Below the pieces are notes generated by a model. That model saw only the letters and a list, made by a program, of their open reading frames with translations. It was not told where the DNA came from and did not search any database. 64,000 nt of DNA from Camelus dromedarius. Taxonomy: Eukaryota. Each line of letters begins with the position of its first letter. Positions within the stretch are counted from its first letter, which is position 1. The position numbers were made by a program, and so were the translations under genes. Below, piece by piece: positions 51,701 through 63,850 of the stretch. The stretch covers positions 80,848,001 through 80,912,000 of the forward strand of contig NC_087443.1 in NCBI RefSeq assembly GCF_036321535.1. Reading direction: 5' to 3'.

Positions 51701-53716
51701 CTCCCTCTCCAGCTTCTCCTGCTGTGGGGCTGCTGGCAGGCCTGTGCGCCGGGCTGGGGAGCGAGAGCTCGGGCCCCCGCCCTGCTTGGCTCTGCCTGCC
51801 CTCAGAGACGTGGGGGTGTGGGGGTGAGCTTGGACCCCTGCCTCCTGCTGGGGTGACCGACCAGGTGCTGGGAACGGAGGGGAGGCCTGGTGGCTGAATG
51901 GGGCAGCAGAGGTGCTACCCTGACTCTTCATCCTAGGTTGGCAAGGGTGAGTACACTTCCTGGGGCTCCTCTCGCTCTTGGATCACAGCCCGCTCCGTTC
52001 TGACTGGCCTCCGTCGGGGAGCACCTGGCTCCAGTGCCTCGGGATTCTCTGCCCCTCCTGGCTTCCCACACCCCAGCCCTTGAGGGGCTGCAGCCTCGGG
52101 AGTTGTCCCCCGTCAGGCCCCTCCCCCACCCTCCCCTCCCCCTCCCCCTTTCTCTGGCCCCTGTCTGGAGCGTCTGTCAGTGCCCCTCTCTGGGGACTGG
52201 GGCAGGTGTCACATGGCAGCCACCACCATCCGTCCCTCTCCTGTCCTCACCCCCATCTGCAGGGTGGTCCCACCGGGGTCCCCAGGACTGCCCCGCCTTC
52301 GCTGAGCCACCACAAGGACTTAGGGGCTATGTTTCACTGCCTCTGCTAACTCCAGGCCTCTTTCTGAAATGCCTTCCTGCCTTGTCTCTGCCTCTTGCAG
52401 TAGCTAACACCTGGAAGGACCACCAGGAAGCATCACTAGTGATTGGTGTTCCATGGGGTGGGGGTTCCCCCAGGGTCCTCCACTCACACCTGTGACTGTC
52501 GGTGACCAGTTACCTGATGTCCACTCTCCGGTTTCGGGGGAGCTGGCAGTGCTGTCCCTTGGCCCCAAGTTCCTCCCAGGGTGATGTGTGCACAGGGGGT
52601 CTTCATCTTACGTGTAACGCAAATGTCCTGTCTCTGCTGCACTCAAGCCTCAGGTGGAGACAGTGAGCAGGTGTGACATGAAGGCATCACCTGCTACAGG
52701 TCATACCACGTGTGCTGGGCATCTTGGAAATGGTCGTAGGTGTGAGGATCTAAGCATGAAGAATCCACTGATTTCTACATTGTCCATTGTCTCTGGGAAA
52801 CAGGCTACTTATCTGATAAGTGTCTAAAAGGCGTGAGGGTGGTTGGTGGGCGGCCCTTCCAGCACCCGGCACCCCTCTGCTGGCCCTTGCAGGGTGGGTG
52901 CCTGGGGCTCTGGGCCTGGGTGCTCAGCACCGGGACGGACACCCTGTGGCAGCTGGAGCAGGGCTGTGCGTTTAGGGCTCTGGACTGAGTGACGAGCTGA
53001 ATACTCTGTCATCGCCGCCGATCAGCACCAGGGAAGTGCCATCGCCCTGCGCCTGCTGCAAAGGGTGCTGGTCGCGCTGCTGCGCCCAGCTTGTGTCGGG
53101 AGCCCTCAGCTCAGGGTGGCGGTCAGTGCACGCTCGAGGGTGTTCGAGTTTTAGAAACCTGGAGAATGGATAAGTGGCACCACTTTGTTTTCCTTTTTCA
53201 TCAGAAGCAAATGCCTTTCTTCGAGCGTCAGCCTCCTCTGCCCGATGGTCCCTGCTGACACCCTCTGCCCAGCCTGTGTGTGTCTGGTGTGCAGGCATGT
53301 CACCTCCATGTGTCACAGCCACCTGCTAGAGGGACACCCTTGTCCCCGGAAGCATGTCTGCTCCCAGCATCTCCCCTCCCCCACCCCGTGTCCCTGTCCT
53401 GGGCCTGGGAGGAGGGTCTCTGGATTGCTGATGGCTTTGTTCACCCGGACGCCTGCCTGCCAGCCTGCCAGGAGGGGTGGCTTGGCAATGCCCCTGCGGG
53501 CCCTGAAACCGCGGGAGCCCTGCAGCAGTCACACGTCCCTGAGAAGGTTCAGGAACGGGCGGGGAGAGTGCCTTGGGGGTTAGGGTGCCTCAACAGTGGA
53601 TTAGAAATCCTGTACCCAGTCCAGAGGCAGGCGAATGGCAACCTTATTCACGGAAAAAAAAAAATCTACTGGCGTCTAGACACAGTATCTTAGTAGTAAT
53701 AAAAGCACGAGTGCAG

Positions 53717-54047
53717 NNNNNNNNNNNNNNNNNNNNNNNNNNNNNNNNNNNNNNNNNNNNNNNNNNNNNNNNNNNNNNNNNNNNNNNNNNNNNNNNNNNN
53801 NNNNNNNNNNNNNNNNNNNNNNNNNNNNNNNNNNNNNNNNNNNNNNNNNNNNNNNNNNNNNNNNNNNNNNNNNNNNNNNNNNNNNNNNNNNNNNNNNNNN
53901 NNNNNNNNNNNNNNNNNNNNNNNNNNNNNNNNNNNNNNNNNNNNNNNNNNNNNNNNNNNNNNNNNNNNNNNNNNNNNNNNNNNNNNNNNNNNNNNNNNNN
54001 NNNNNNNNNNNNNNNNNNNNNNNNNNNNNNNNNNNNNNNNNNNNNNN
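53717..54047. other. Assembly gap (331 N)
   Basis: Run of N. Confidence 1.
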
Positions 54048-54830
54048 CACTGTAGCTTTTCTAAGGCACCAAGCAGTGTTGCACTTAGAGGCGTATTAAA
54101 ACAAACGGTTTTGAGAAACAGACTCTTGTTTTAAATGCAAACCAGCCATTTAAGAGTCCTGAAGTCAGGAATGGCTGAGAAGCACTGGTATTGTATGTGT
54201 GTAGACATCACCTTAAGCTGCTTGAATTTTAGATTTTGAACCCAAGAGATGAAACTTGGCATTGAGTCCTCTGGGGTTTCTTGCCTTCACTTAGGGTTTT
54301 GTTTTTTTTTTTTTTAAGAACTATGATTATAATGTTATTTCCACAGTTTGAAGTACCATTTTGGTGCTGTTCTGACAGGGAGCAGGCTTACAAATCAGGA
54401 CAATAGCGATGTCCTGGGCTTTGGGGTTCCTTTTTCTTGGCTTTCCTCCTTGCTGGGAGGTCTCACTCTGGGATCCCTGCACAGGACAAATGTCCGGGGA
54501 TCTGAGGTCTCAGGGGGCCCTGCATGGGGACAGATCTGGGGATTTGAGAGGCAGGGAAGAATCAGACATTTCCAAAGGACACACCAAAGGATTCTGCTGT
54601 GCTCTGCTCTAAGTTTAAAAAAAAAAAATTGATCTTGGTCCAAAACTTGATTATATGATAGTTTGAAAAAAAAAAACTATAGAATTTTTGAGATGCTTGG
54701 GAGACAGTCTAGAAATTTGTCTTTAGTGACCAATTCTTACAGCCTGTTTAAAAGAGATTTTACTTTTTTTTTTTTTTAAGTCCACTGTGACTGTGAGACC
54801 CCAGGAGATGAGTTCATGGAGTGGCTTGGA

Positions 54831-54957
54831 GTAATGTTCTCCTGTGGCCAAGACCACAGGTCACAACAGAGAGACACACACTTGCTGTCTGAGTTGGGTC
54901 CGCGTGAGAAGTTCAAGAGGGTGGGGTCAGCATCACGCCGGACGGCAGCAGAAGAGG
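54831..54957 (+). repeat. Inverted repeat, left arm (127 bp)
   Basis: 120/127 identical, ungapped, to the reverse complement of 55689-55815. Also visible in the ORF track as the shared peptide SSAAVRRDADPTLLNFSRGPNSDSKCVS on opposite strands. Confidence 0.97.
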
Positions 54958-55688
54958 AGTTCATGAGGGGCCTGGAGAGGGCTGGCTTTTCTGGAGGAGA
55001 TGACAGGCTGGCCTCCTGGCTCCCTGGCCCACCTCTGCCACCGCGTTCATCCGGCCTCCTGACAGGAGACACCAGTTGTCCCCTCGTTTCCTTCCTTCAG
55101 AGGACCCCATTCTCCAGCTCAATGGCCCTGTCCAGTCCTCTTCAAATTCTATTGCTCAGATGAGATTCCTGGGGTCCTGGTTTTCCATGTGATCTGCCGC
55201 TTCTTGCATCAGAAGCTGTCCTCAGCATTTCACAGGCCATTCTCCACTTGTAGCTTTGTGTCCGTCATTCCAGCATGAGACAGGCCATGGTGGCATCTTC
55301 TGGCCTGTTCATCTCGTAGAGTGAGGTCATTGGGGGCGTCAGTTGGGCTGCCGGGCCTGGCCCCAGCTCTGCCACTTACTAGCTCAGGCAGGTGACAGTC
55401 TGCTTGCTTTGCAGGGTTCACTCTTGGTGACGTGTGTCACACCTGGTCCAGGCGAGCAGTGCTAGCGGTGGTGGTCATTGTGGTGGTGGGGGGGGGGTGA
55501 TAGTTTTTGTCCTTGGCTTAGTTGCTGTTAGACCATGGGTGACTCAAGAAGAAGCCAACGCAGATCTGCCCCCTGATCAGCGGCCTGACTTGAAGGTTTA
55601 CAGAGCAACTAGCTAACTGTCCGATCAGAGCTGGTCTTCCAGACGGTCTTGCTGTCAGCGCGCGTGCCCCAGCCTCCCCTGGCGGCTC

Positions 55689-55815
55689 CCTCTTCTGCTG
55701 CCGTCCGGCGTGATGCTGACCCCACCCTCTTGAACTTCTCACGTGGACCCAACTCGGACAGCAAGTGTGTGTCTGTCTGTTGTCACCTGCAGTCTCGGCC
55801 ACAGGAGAACATTAC
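55689..55815 (-). repeat. Inverted repeat, right arm (127 bp)
   Basis: Partner of 54831-54957; spacer is 731 bp. Confidence 0.97.
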
Positions 55816-56889
55816 TTTGGGCCAAGAACTGACAACTTTGGATCATAGGCATGTCACCTTGGGGGAGGGGACAGGGGGACTGAAAACTTATCAGAAGTAT
55901 TTTTGGGGTTCAGCCTGAAGGAGAGTTCTCTCCTGGGCAGGGTCACTGTGGACAAGCCAAGTACCCGGGTAGGACCTGCTCTTAGCAGGGACACACAGAT
56001 GCCCCAGAAGTGTTGCAACTGAGGTGTGGATGTAGGTTGTAAGTTACTTTTTGCTTTAAAAGAACATTCACACGGACATTTGTGTTTTTCCCCCTTTTGG
56101 CAAGAACGTGCGTGTCAGTCCACACCTTGCCACTTCAGCACTGCCCGCTCTCAGCAGTGAGTGCAGGCCGGCCGCAGAGCTTCAGCTCAAGCACGTCTCC
56201 TTTCTTCGAAGGGGACACTTCCCTTCCTCTTTACTAGGCTGCCTCGCCCCCTACGGCCACCCCGCCCCCCAGGTGCCCACCCAGCCTGGCTGCGGCTGCC
56301 GGCGCCGTGCCTCGCGAGGGGCCTGGGGGTTGTCGGTGGGCCTGTTGGCATTAGCTCACCTTTAAACCTGAGTCCAGATGGGACAAGAACCAAAGGTTTT
56401 GAGTAGGAACAAGGGGCCGTCATGTTCCTTTGTATTCTTAACTAAGGTTTTTGTTTAAAAAAAAAAAAACCCAAACCATCAAACTCTCTTGTTTCCATGG
56501 CTTTTGCCGGCGCAGCGCTCAGTAAGTCTCCACACCTGTGGTTTCAGCCCGGGAGGTCGGGGTGGGGAGTCTGCCCGCTCACCGAGGGATGCTGTTTGGA
56601 GTTACCTGGTGTTCCCGCAGACCCAGGGCCCGCCCACCCACCTGCCTCCTTCCACGGTTCCCGCACATTCTGGGGCATTGGGCAGGGCCGCACCATGTCT
56701 GTTGTCACACCAAGTTATTTTGTGAAATACTGTCGTGAAACTTACCAAAACTGGTGAAGCTGATGAAGTGAAATAAAAATACTGCCATGAAAATTATTTT
56801 AGTGCCACACAATGAGCTCTGTTTTTCATATCTGGCAGATATTGCCCACTAAATCTAATCTGCAATGCTGAAAATTATGCCATTTTTTA

Positions 56890-57021
56890 NNNNNNNNNNN
56901 NNNNNNNNNNNNNNNNNNNNNNNNNNNNNNNNNNNNNNNNNNNNNNNNNNNNNNNNNNNNNNNNNNNNNNNNNNNNNNNNNNNNNNNNNNNNNNNNNNNN
57001 NNNNNNNNNNNNNNNNNNNNN
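56890..57021. other. Assembly gap (132 N)
   Basis: Run of N. Confidence 1.
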
Positions 57022-59464
57022 TCTAATACTATAGACATTAATTTGAAAATTCTGTAAGAGCCTGAGGGCCCAGGGAGTGTGAAGAACAGAGAGTGGAGGC
57101 AGATACGGTTAACTGGTAGACAGGGTCTGTCCGTGTCTTACAGGAGCGTGTTCATGTTCTCTGCATCCTTGGTTGCATGTGGCTGAGTGTAACTGGAATG
57201 TCGTTTTCATTGCAATCTGTTTGCTTGTGAAATGATATCCATACACTTAGGAGTAACAAGTCAAATGGAAATCAGGCCACGCTGTCAGTGTGCGCAGTAG
57301 CACGCCCACGGAAAGTTTTCTCTCTGTTCTCCGTGTCTGCAGTTCAAAGGGGGCTTTAGAGAAGTCATAAAAAATGATGGCTCCAAATATTGAAGTTGGA
57401 AAATGTGAGTGAATGACATATTCTTTACACACCTCAACTGTCAACATTTCTAATCAAATCACCCAGCCTTCTTCGTTCTTAAATGGTACAGGCAGTCTTT
57501 TCCTGTAATAAACACCCCTCCGTCTAATGAGAGGCCCTAAGGCAGCTTCAAATGTATGAATTCATTATAATTGAACAACATAATCTGCAGGGCAAAGATG
57601 CCTGCTACCCGGTCTCTTAACTTCACACAGCTTGGGCGTTTTATGAAAAATGTTCCACATTTTGTTACAACGTATTGCTGCTGTTTGAAGCATTGTATGT
57701 TCCTGTGGTACATGAGATGGGGCCTCATAATGGAGGAAGAATCAAGGAGGCAATCTTTCATTTTGTTCTTGTATGAAAAATTCAAAAGACTGGAAACTCA
57801 CCCAGAGAAATTTTGCAAGCATATTATTTTCCAATGTTTCGATCAGTTTGTCTGTCAACCATGCTGAGAGGTGGAAGGGGCCAGCAGAAGCAATTTAGCT
57901 TGTGAGGCCCGAAATAGAAATGTTCTAGGGAGCCTTGTCACATGTTATTTCTTTATATTAGAACTGCCGTGTGTTTTACTCGCTGGTCATATTATGAAGA
58001 GAAGTTGGTATCAGTCATCTATGTGAGCTCTGAATATCTGACATAAATATTACTTTTACACGCATGGATCAGAACCAAATATAAACTAACCTCTTAATGC
58101 ATGCGAAACCCTCGTGTGGCAACAGGCCCTTGTTTGGGATTTTTCCATTTAACAATTCATGGTGCATTTTAATTGATTGTACCCAAGTGACACGCTGTGG
58201 AAACATCTTGCATATGAACATCCCTGACCCTGCCAGGGCTTTAATTAAGCTATAATCTTCCTACAGTAAGTGCATCTGGGATTGATAAATGTATCCAAAC
58301 CGTGCCTCCAGTCTGAGGGTTGTTTTTTCAAAATTAGTGAGGATATGGAAGTTTTAAGTAAAGGGCATTCATTTAGCTTCCAGTTAAATTTTTAGTTGGG
58401 ATTCGTTTAAATCAAGTGACGTTAGGAGTGGTTCGTTCTAAGATGAACGTACGATTTCAGGGAAACTTTGTCACGGGAAATCTACAGTTATGTGATACTT
58501 GTGCTCCTAACTAACACTTCTCCTTCAAATCTTACGTGAGCACGTTAACACTATTTTACAGAAACTTCAAGGAAATTAATTTAAATCAGCTTACAGAAGA
58601 CCCCAGTTTAAATTTAATTGGTCACATCAGTCAATATCTTCCTCCTGTAATGGCCTTACTTGGAAGCACTAGACGTGTCTTCCGGGCAGCGGCCACTGTT
58701 CACGTGACAGCTGCTCTGAAAGCTTGATGTGTCTTTCCAGTTTTTCAGAATTCAAAGTGAGGTAGACTAGTTGGCATATTGGATGCTGCGGATGCTGATC
58801 AATGGAAACAAACTGTGACAAAGTAAATCTTTCCACCTGGTGTAGGTATTAATATTGCATGGAAGACAGGATTTGTCATATGAAAAAACATTCTGAAACA
58901 ATTCTCAATTAATGATGACAATTTAGGATAGAGACTGTGCCAGTCAGTAGTCGTCACAGAGCATGACTGAGATAGCTGGTTTTTTTCAATGACTGCTTGG
59001 TATTTTAGTGTCTGTGTGTGCATCTAAACGATTCACCGGCCTTTCTCTGGTCTTAATCGCCCACTAATGTATGTTTAGAGTTGCTTTAGGTTTTATTGGG
59101 TCCTTGTTTGGTTTGGCACTATTTTAAGCAACATTTATTGTGAACATCATTGTACAGACATCTTTGTGTGCTTGTGCAGTCAATGTAGAATAAGTTCTAA
59201 GAAGTAGTATTCAAAACTTAGATATTTTCAAGTTGCCTCCTCAAAATTTTTGTGTTGTAATTGAGCAAGGTTGAACATCTCCCCTTATGTTTATTGGTCA
59301 TTTGTGTTTCCTTAGTGACATGTCTGCTTATTTTTGTACTGAGTTTTTTTTTGTCTTTATCTTAACTGATTTGTAAGAACTTTTTGCATATTAAAGATAG
59401 TCATTTCTATTTTGATGTTTATGGGGTTTTTTTTTAGAAGACCCTTACTTTTTACATAGCCTGA

Positions 59465-59614
59465 TTTTAATTTAACCATTTTGGAATAATTTTCAATTTA
59501 CAGAAGAGCTGCAAATATAGTTTGTAGTATATTCTAATACACTGTTCACCCAGTTTCTTTCTCTTAATAACAGCTTACATAACCATGGCACATTGTCAAC
59601 AGTATTAACTAGAA
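59465..59614 (-). mobile_element. L1MC-like 3' end, interrupted by a younger L1 and resuming at about 60272-60300
   Basis: attttggaataattttcaatttacagaagagctgcaaa...acataaccatggcacattgtcaa, continuing as gaaattaagattggtacaat after the insertion. Confidence 0.7.
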
Positions 59615-60271
59615 TATCCAGAAGGAACCCTACTTCAAAANNNNNNNNNNNNNNNNNNNNNNNNNNNNNNNNNNNNNNNNNNNNNNNNNNNNNNNNNNNN
59701 NNNNNNNNNNNNNNNNNNNNNNNNNNNNNNNNNNNNNNNNNNNNNNNNNNNNNNNNNNNNNNNNNNNNNNNNNNNNNNNNNNNNNNNNNNNNNNNTTGCA
59801 GCAACATGGATGTCCCTGGAGAACATCATTCTAAGTGAAGTAAGCCAGAAAGAGAAAGAAAAATACCATATGAGATCGCTCATATGTGGAATCTAAAAAA
59901 AAAAAATGAGCATAAATACAAAACAGAAACAGACTCAGACTCATAGACAGAATACAAACTTGTGGTTGCCAAGGGGGAGGGGGTGGGAAGGGACAGACTG
60001 GGAGTTTGTAACTTGTAGTTACTGACAGGCATATGTAGGATAGATAAACAAGATTATACTGTATAGCACATGGAAATACATACAAGATTTTGTGGTAGCT
60101 AATAGCGAAAAAGAATGCAACAGTGAATATATATATGTTCATGTATAACTGAAAAATTGTGCTCTACACTGGAAATTGACACAACGTTGTAAAATGACTA
60201 ACTCACTAAAAAAATGTTAAAACATTTTTTTAAATTTTAAAAAATCATGTATAAAACACACACAAAAAAAC
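59615..60271 (+). mobile_element. 5'-truncated camelid-type L1, sense to MGMT, with target-site duplication; contains gap 59641-59795
   Basis: ttgcagcaacatggatg...ctaagtgaagtaagccagaaagagaaag...gtatagcacatggaaatac...A-rich tail. Flanked by tattaactagaa at 59603-59614 and 60272-60283. Confidence 0.9.
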
Positions 60272-60396
60272 TATTAACTAGAAATTAAGATTGGTACAAT
60301 TGTAGTCAGATTTTTAAATCTTTTCCTTTGGCTTCTAAGTATAAAGGAATTCTTACAATTCTTACAAAGGACTTGTAAGAATCCCTTACATATTTT

Positions 60397-60434
60397 TATA
60401 TATATATACATATACATATACATATATATATATG
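60397..60434 (+). repeat. (TA)n/(CATA)n compound microsatellite
   Basis: tatatatatatacatatacatatacatatatatatatgta. Confidence 0.85.
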
Positions 60435-61079
60435 TAGTTTTATTTCATTTTTGATTTATTTGAAAAGATTTTTTTAAGTTTGGTTGGAACCCATCTTTAT
60501 TTTCATCCAAATTCTCAAATCTCAGTATTTTTTAAATTATTGTACTTTTTGGTTACACACATTTTACAAAGACAAGAAGAAATTGCATGCTGACTTTTTT
60601 GTAGTTTATTATCTAATCCTTGACCATATTATTTTTTGCAATATCTGATAAATACTTATTCTTAAGAGTATAAAACCTAGTTTATTTAATGCTTGTGTTA
60701 AGAATTTCTCTAAGACCATTGGAATGAGACTATTTTCCTTGGATCCCTCAATAAGTGGTTTTGTACTTTTTTGATAGTTAGACTTTTATATCGTTAAGTA
60801 ATTCTGAGTCATTATTGAAGGAGGCAAAAAAAACTCTAACCCAATCCTGTACTTAGTTTTGCAGTGGCATCCCGAGACCACATGTCATGTGACTGCCAAC
60901 AACTAAGTACAGTACTCCCTGAGGTCTAGGGATTGACTGAATTTCTAATTGTTAATCTGTCCCTGATGTTAGTTATTGATACGCAACTATTATAGACACA
61001 GTGTGGACATTTTAACAATATTAAATATTCCAGTTCATAAACACTGATACCTTTCTGTTTGCATCTTCAATTTTATTTA

Positions 61080-61252
61080 NNNNNNNNNNNNNNNNNNNNN
61101 NNNNNNNNNNNNNNNNNNNNNNNNNNNNNNNNNNNNNNNNNNNNNNNNNNNNNNNNNNNNNNNNNNNNNNNNNNNNNNNNNNNNNNNNNNNNNNNNNNNN
61201 NNNNNNNNNNNNNNNNNNNNNNNNNNNNNNNNNNNNNNNNNNNNNNNNNNNN
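61080..61252. other. Assembly gap (173 N)
   Basis: Run of N. Confidence 1.
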
Positions 61253-63520
61253 ATCCTGAAGTTTACTGAAATCATTTATTCTAACAGTTATTTGGTGGAA
61301 TCTTTAGAGTTTTCTGCATTTAATATGATATCATCTTCAGACAGTTTTACTTTGGTTGCTCCTTATTTGTTGCTAATTGCTCTTTTTAGGACTTCCAGTA
61401 GTATGTTGAATAACAGTGGTGAGAGTGAGCATCCTTGTCTTGTTTATGATTTTAGAAGAAAAGTCTTTAGCTTTTCATCATTGAGTGTGATGCTAGCTAT
61501 GGGCTTGTCATACATGGACTTCGTTATATTGAGGTACGTTGCCCTGGTAACCAGTTTTTTGAGAGTTTTTATCATATCATAAAAGGATGTTAAATTTTGT
61601 CAAATGCTTTTTCTGCATCTATTAAGTTGATCATAAGATTTTTATCCTTCATGTTGTTACTGTGGTCCACACTGGTTTGTCTGTGTTGAGTTATCATTGC
61701 ATCCTGGAATATAACACCTGCTTGATTATAGTGAATGATTCTTTCGGTGTGTTGTTGGATTCAGTTTGCTAATATTTTGTTGAGTATTTTTGCATCTATG
61801 TTTATCAGGGATATTGGCCTATAATTTTCTTATAGAATCCTTGTCTGGCTTTACTATCAAGGTAACGCTTGCCTCATAAAATGAGGAAATGTTACCTCCT
61901 CTTCAATATTTTGAAGAATTTGAGAAGCACTGGTATTAGTTCTTTAAAAGTTACCAGTGAAGCCATCTTGCCCTGGACTTTTGTCAGTAGGTTTTGGATT
62001 ACTGATTGAGTCTCCTTACTAGTAATTGGTTTGTTCAGATTTTCTATTCATGATTCAGTCCTGGTAGGTTGCATGTTTCCAGGAATTGGGATTTGTTGTC
62101 CAATTTGTTGACATTTAATTGTTCACAGTAGTCTCTTACCCTTTGTATTCCTGAATATCTGTTGTAATGTCTCCTCATGGATTCATACTTTCGAATCCTC
62201 TTCCTGGTAAGTCTGACTAAAGGTTTATCTATATTTATCTCTTTAAAAATTTGTATTTATCTCTGTGAAAAAACAGTTCTTGGTTTCATCTTTTTATTAC
62301 CCTTTTAGTCTCTAGTTAACTTATTTCTGCTGTGATCTTTATTTTCTTCCCTAACTGCAGGCTTAATTTTTCTTTTTCTAGAAGGTAGGTTGTTATTTGA
62401 GATCCTTTTCCTTCATATAGGTGTCAATAGCTATAAACTTCCCTTTTAGAATTGCTTTTGCTGCATCCCGTAAGTTTTGCTATGTTGTGTTTCCATTTTC
62501 ATTTATCTCAAGGTATATTTTTTTTATTCTTTGACCCATTTGTTCAGGAGCATATTCTTTAATATTTACGTATTTGTAAACTTCCCGATTTCCATCTTGT
62601 AATTGATTTCATACCATTGTGGTCAGAAAAGATGCTTGATATGATTTCAGTGTTCTTATATTTATTAAGACTTGGTTTTTGCCCTAATATAAGATCTATC
62701 CTGAAGAATGTTTCATGTGTACTTGAGAAGAGTGTGTCTTCTACCTCTGTTGAGTGGAATGTTCTGTAAGTGTCTGTTAGGGCCATCTGATCTAACGTGT
62801 AGTTTAAGTATAAAATTTCTTAACTGATTTTCCATCTGGATGGTCTATCCGTTGTTGAAAGTGGGGTAATGAAGTTCCTACTGTTATTGCATTGCTGCCT
62901 GTATGGATCTGTTAATATTTGCTTTCTAAATTTAGATGCTTCTCTGTTGTATGCATAAATATTTACGAATATTATAGCCTTTTGATGAACTGAACCCTTC
63001 ATTATTATATAATGACCTCGTCTCTTGTTACAGTCTTTGGCTTAAAGTCTATTTGCTTTGTGTAATACGAGTACAGCTAATCCTGCTTTCTTTTGGTCTT
63101 CATTTGCATGGAATATCTTTTTCCATTTCTTTACTTTCAGTCTATGTGTCCTTATAGCTGAAGTGAATCCCTTAAATAAGGCTGCATGTAGTTTGGTCTT
63201 TTTTTTTTTTTTTAAAGAATCTTTTTAGCTTCTCTATGTCTTTTGATTGGAGAATTTAGTCCATTTATACTTAAAGTGATTATTGGCAGGTATGGACTTA
63301 CTGTTGTCATTTTGTTAACTCTTCTGATTGCTTTGTTCCTTTCCTGCTCTCTTCCTTTGTGACTTGGTGTTTTTCTGTAGTGGTATGCTTGCATTCCTTT
63401 GTCTTTCGTGTATGTACTGTAGGCTTTTCTTTGTGGTTATCCTGAGGCTTACATAAAACATCTTCCAGCTATTACAGTCTTTTTTTAACCCAGTAACAAA
63501 TTAGCTTCATTTTTAAAGTT
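61253..63520 (-). mobile_element. Decayed L1: inter-ORF region, ORF2 start (ATG at about 63310), endonuclease domain and on to the RT region
   Basis: Minus-strand remnants match the L1 ORF2 endonuclease: MTTVSPYLPIITLSINGLNSPIKRHR, KGSVHQKAIIFVNIYAYN...TPLSTTDR, LTDTYRTFHS...RIDLILGQK...FSDHNGMK. Frameshifted. Confidence 0.93.
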
Positions 63521-63734
63521 GCCTTCTGGATTATTACAAACTCTCATACTTCATAAGACATTTTTCTGAGAAATTTGAGAATTCTTTCTAAAGATACTAA
63601 TGAATAATTGTACAGCATTTTGATGCATATATGACTGTCATGGTCTAACAAGTTTTTATCCTCAAATACATGTACATAAATTATAGTTTGGAATAAAAGA
63701 AGCATTTGAATTTTTCTCAGTAATAATTGTTTGC

Positions 63735-63850
63735 AGGGAGACCTGGATTCCAATCCTAGCTCTGCCACTTTTCAGTCTTGTTACGTGAAGCAGGTTATCC
63801 AGCATCTCTCTGCCTTGGTTCTCTGTCTGTCGAAGGTAGATCACAGTAGT
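63735..63850 (+). mobile_element. MIR fragment
   Basis: agacctggattccaatcctagctctgccactt...caggttatccagcatctctctgccttggtt. Confidence 0.65.

Noticed and set aside
53020-53041. REST/NRSE-like motif tcagcaccagggaagtgcc (a similar one near 52924)
   Set aside because: The right half-site GGACAG is broken or mis-spaced in both.
54831-55815. Inverted repeat read as the terminal repeats of a DNA transposon or MITE
   Set aside because: No target-site duplication outside the pair, no typical terminal motif, and the spacer holds an ancient MIR-like fragment and no transposase.
60349-60382. 10-bp hairpin attcttacaa/ttgtaagaat with an adjacent 9-bp duplication
   Set aside because: A real but tiny feature in AT-rich, repeat-dense DNA; most likely a local slippage or template-switch scar.
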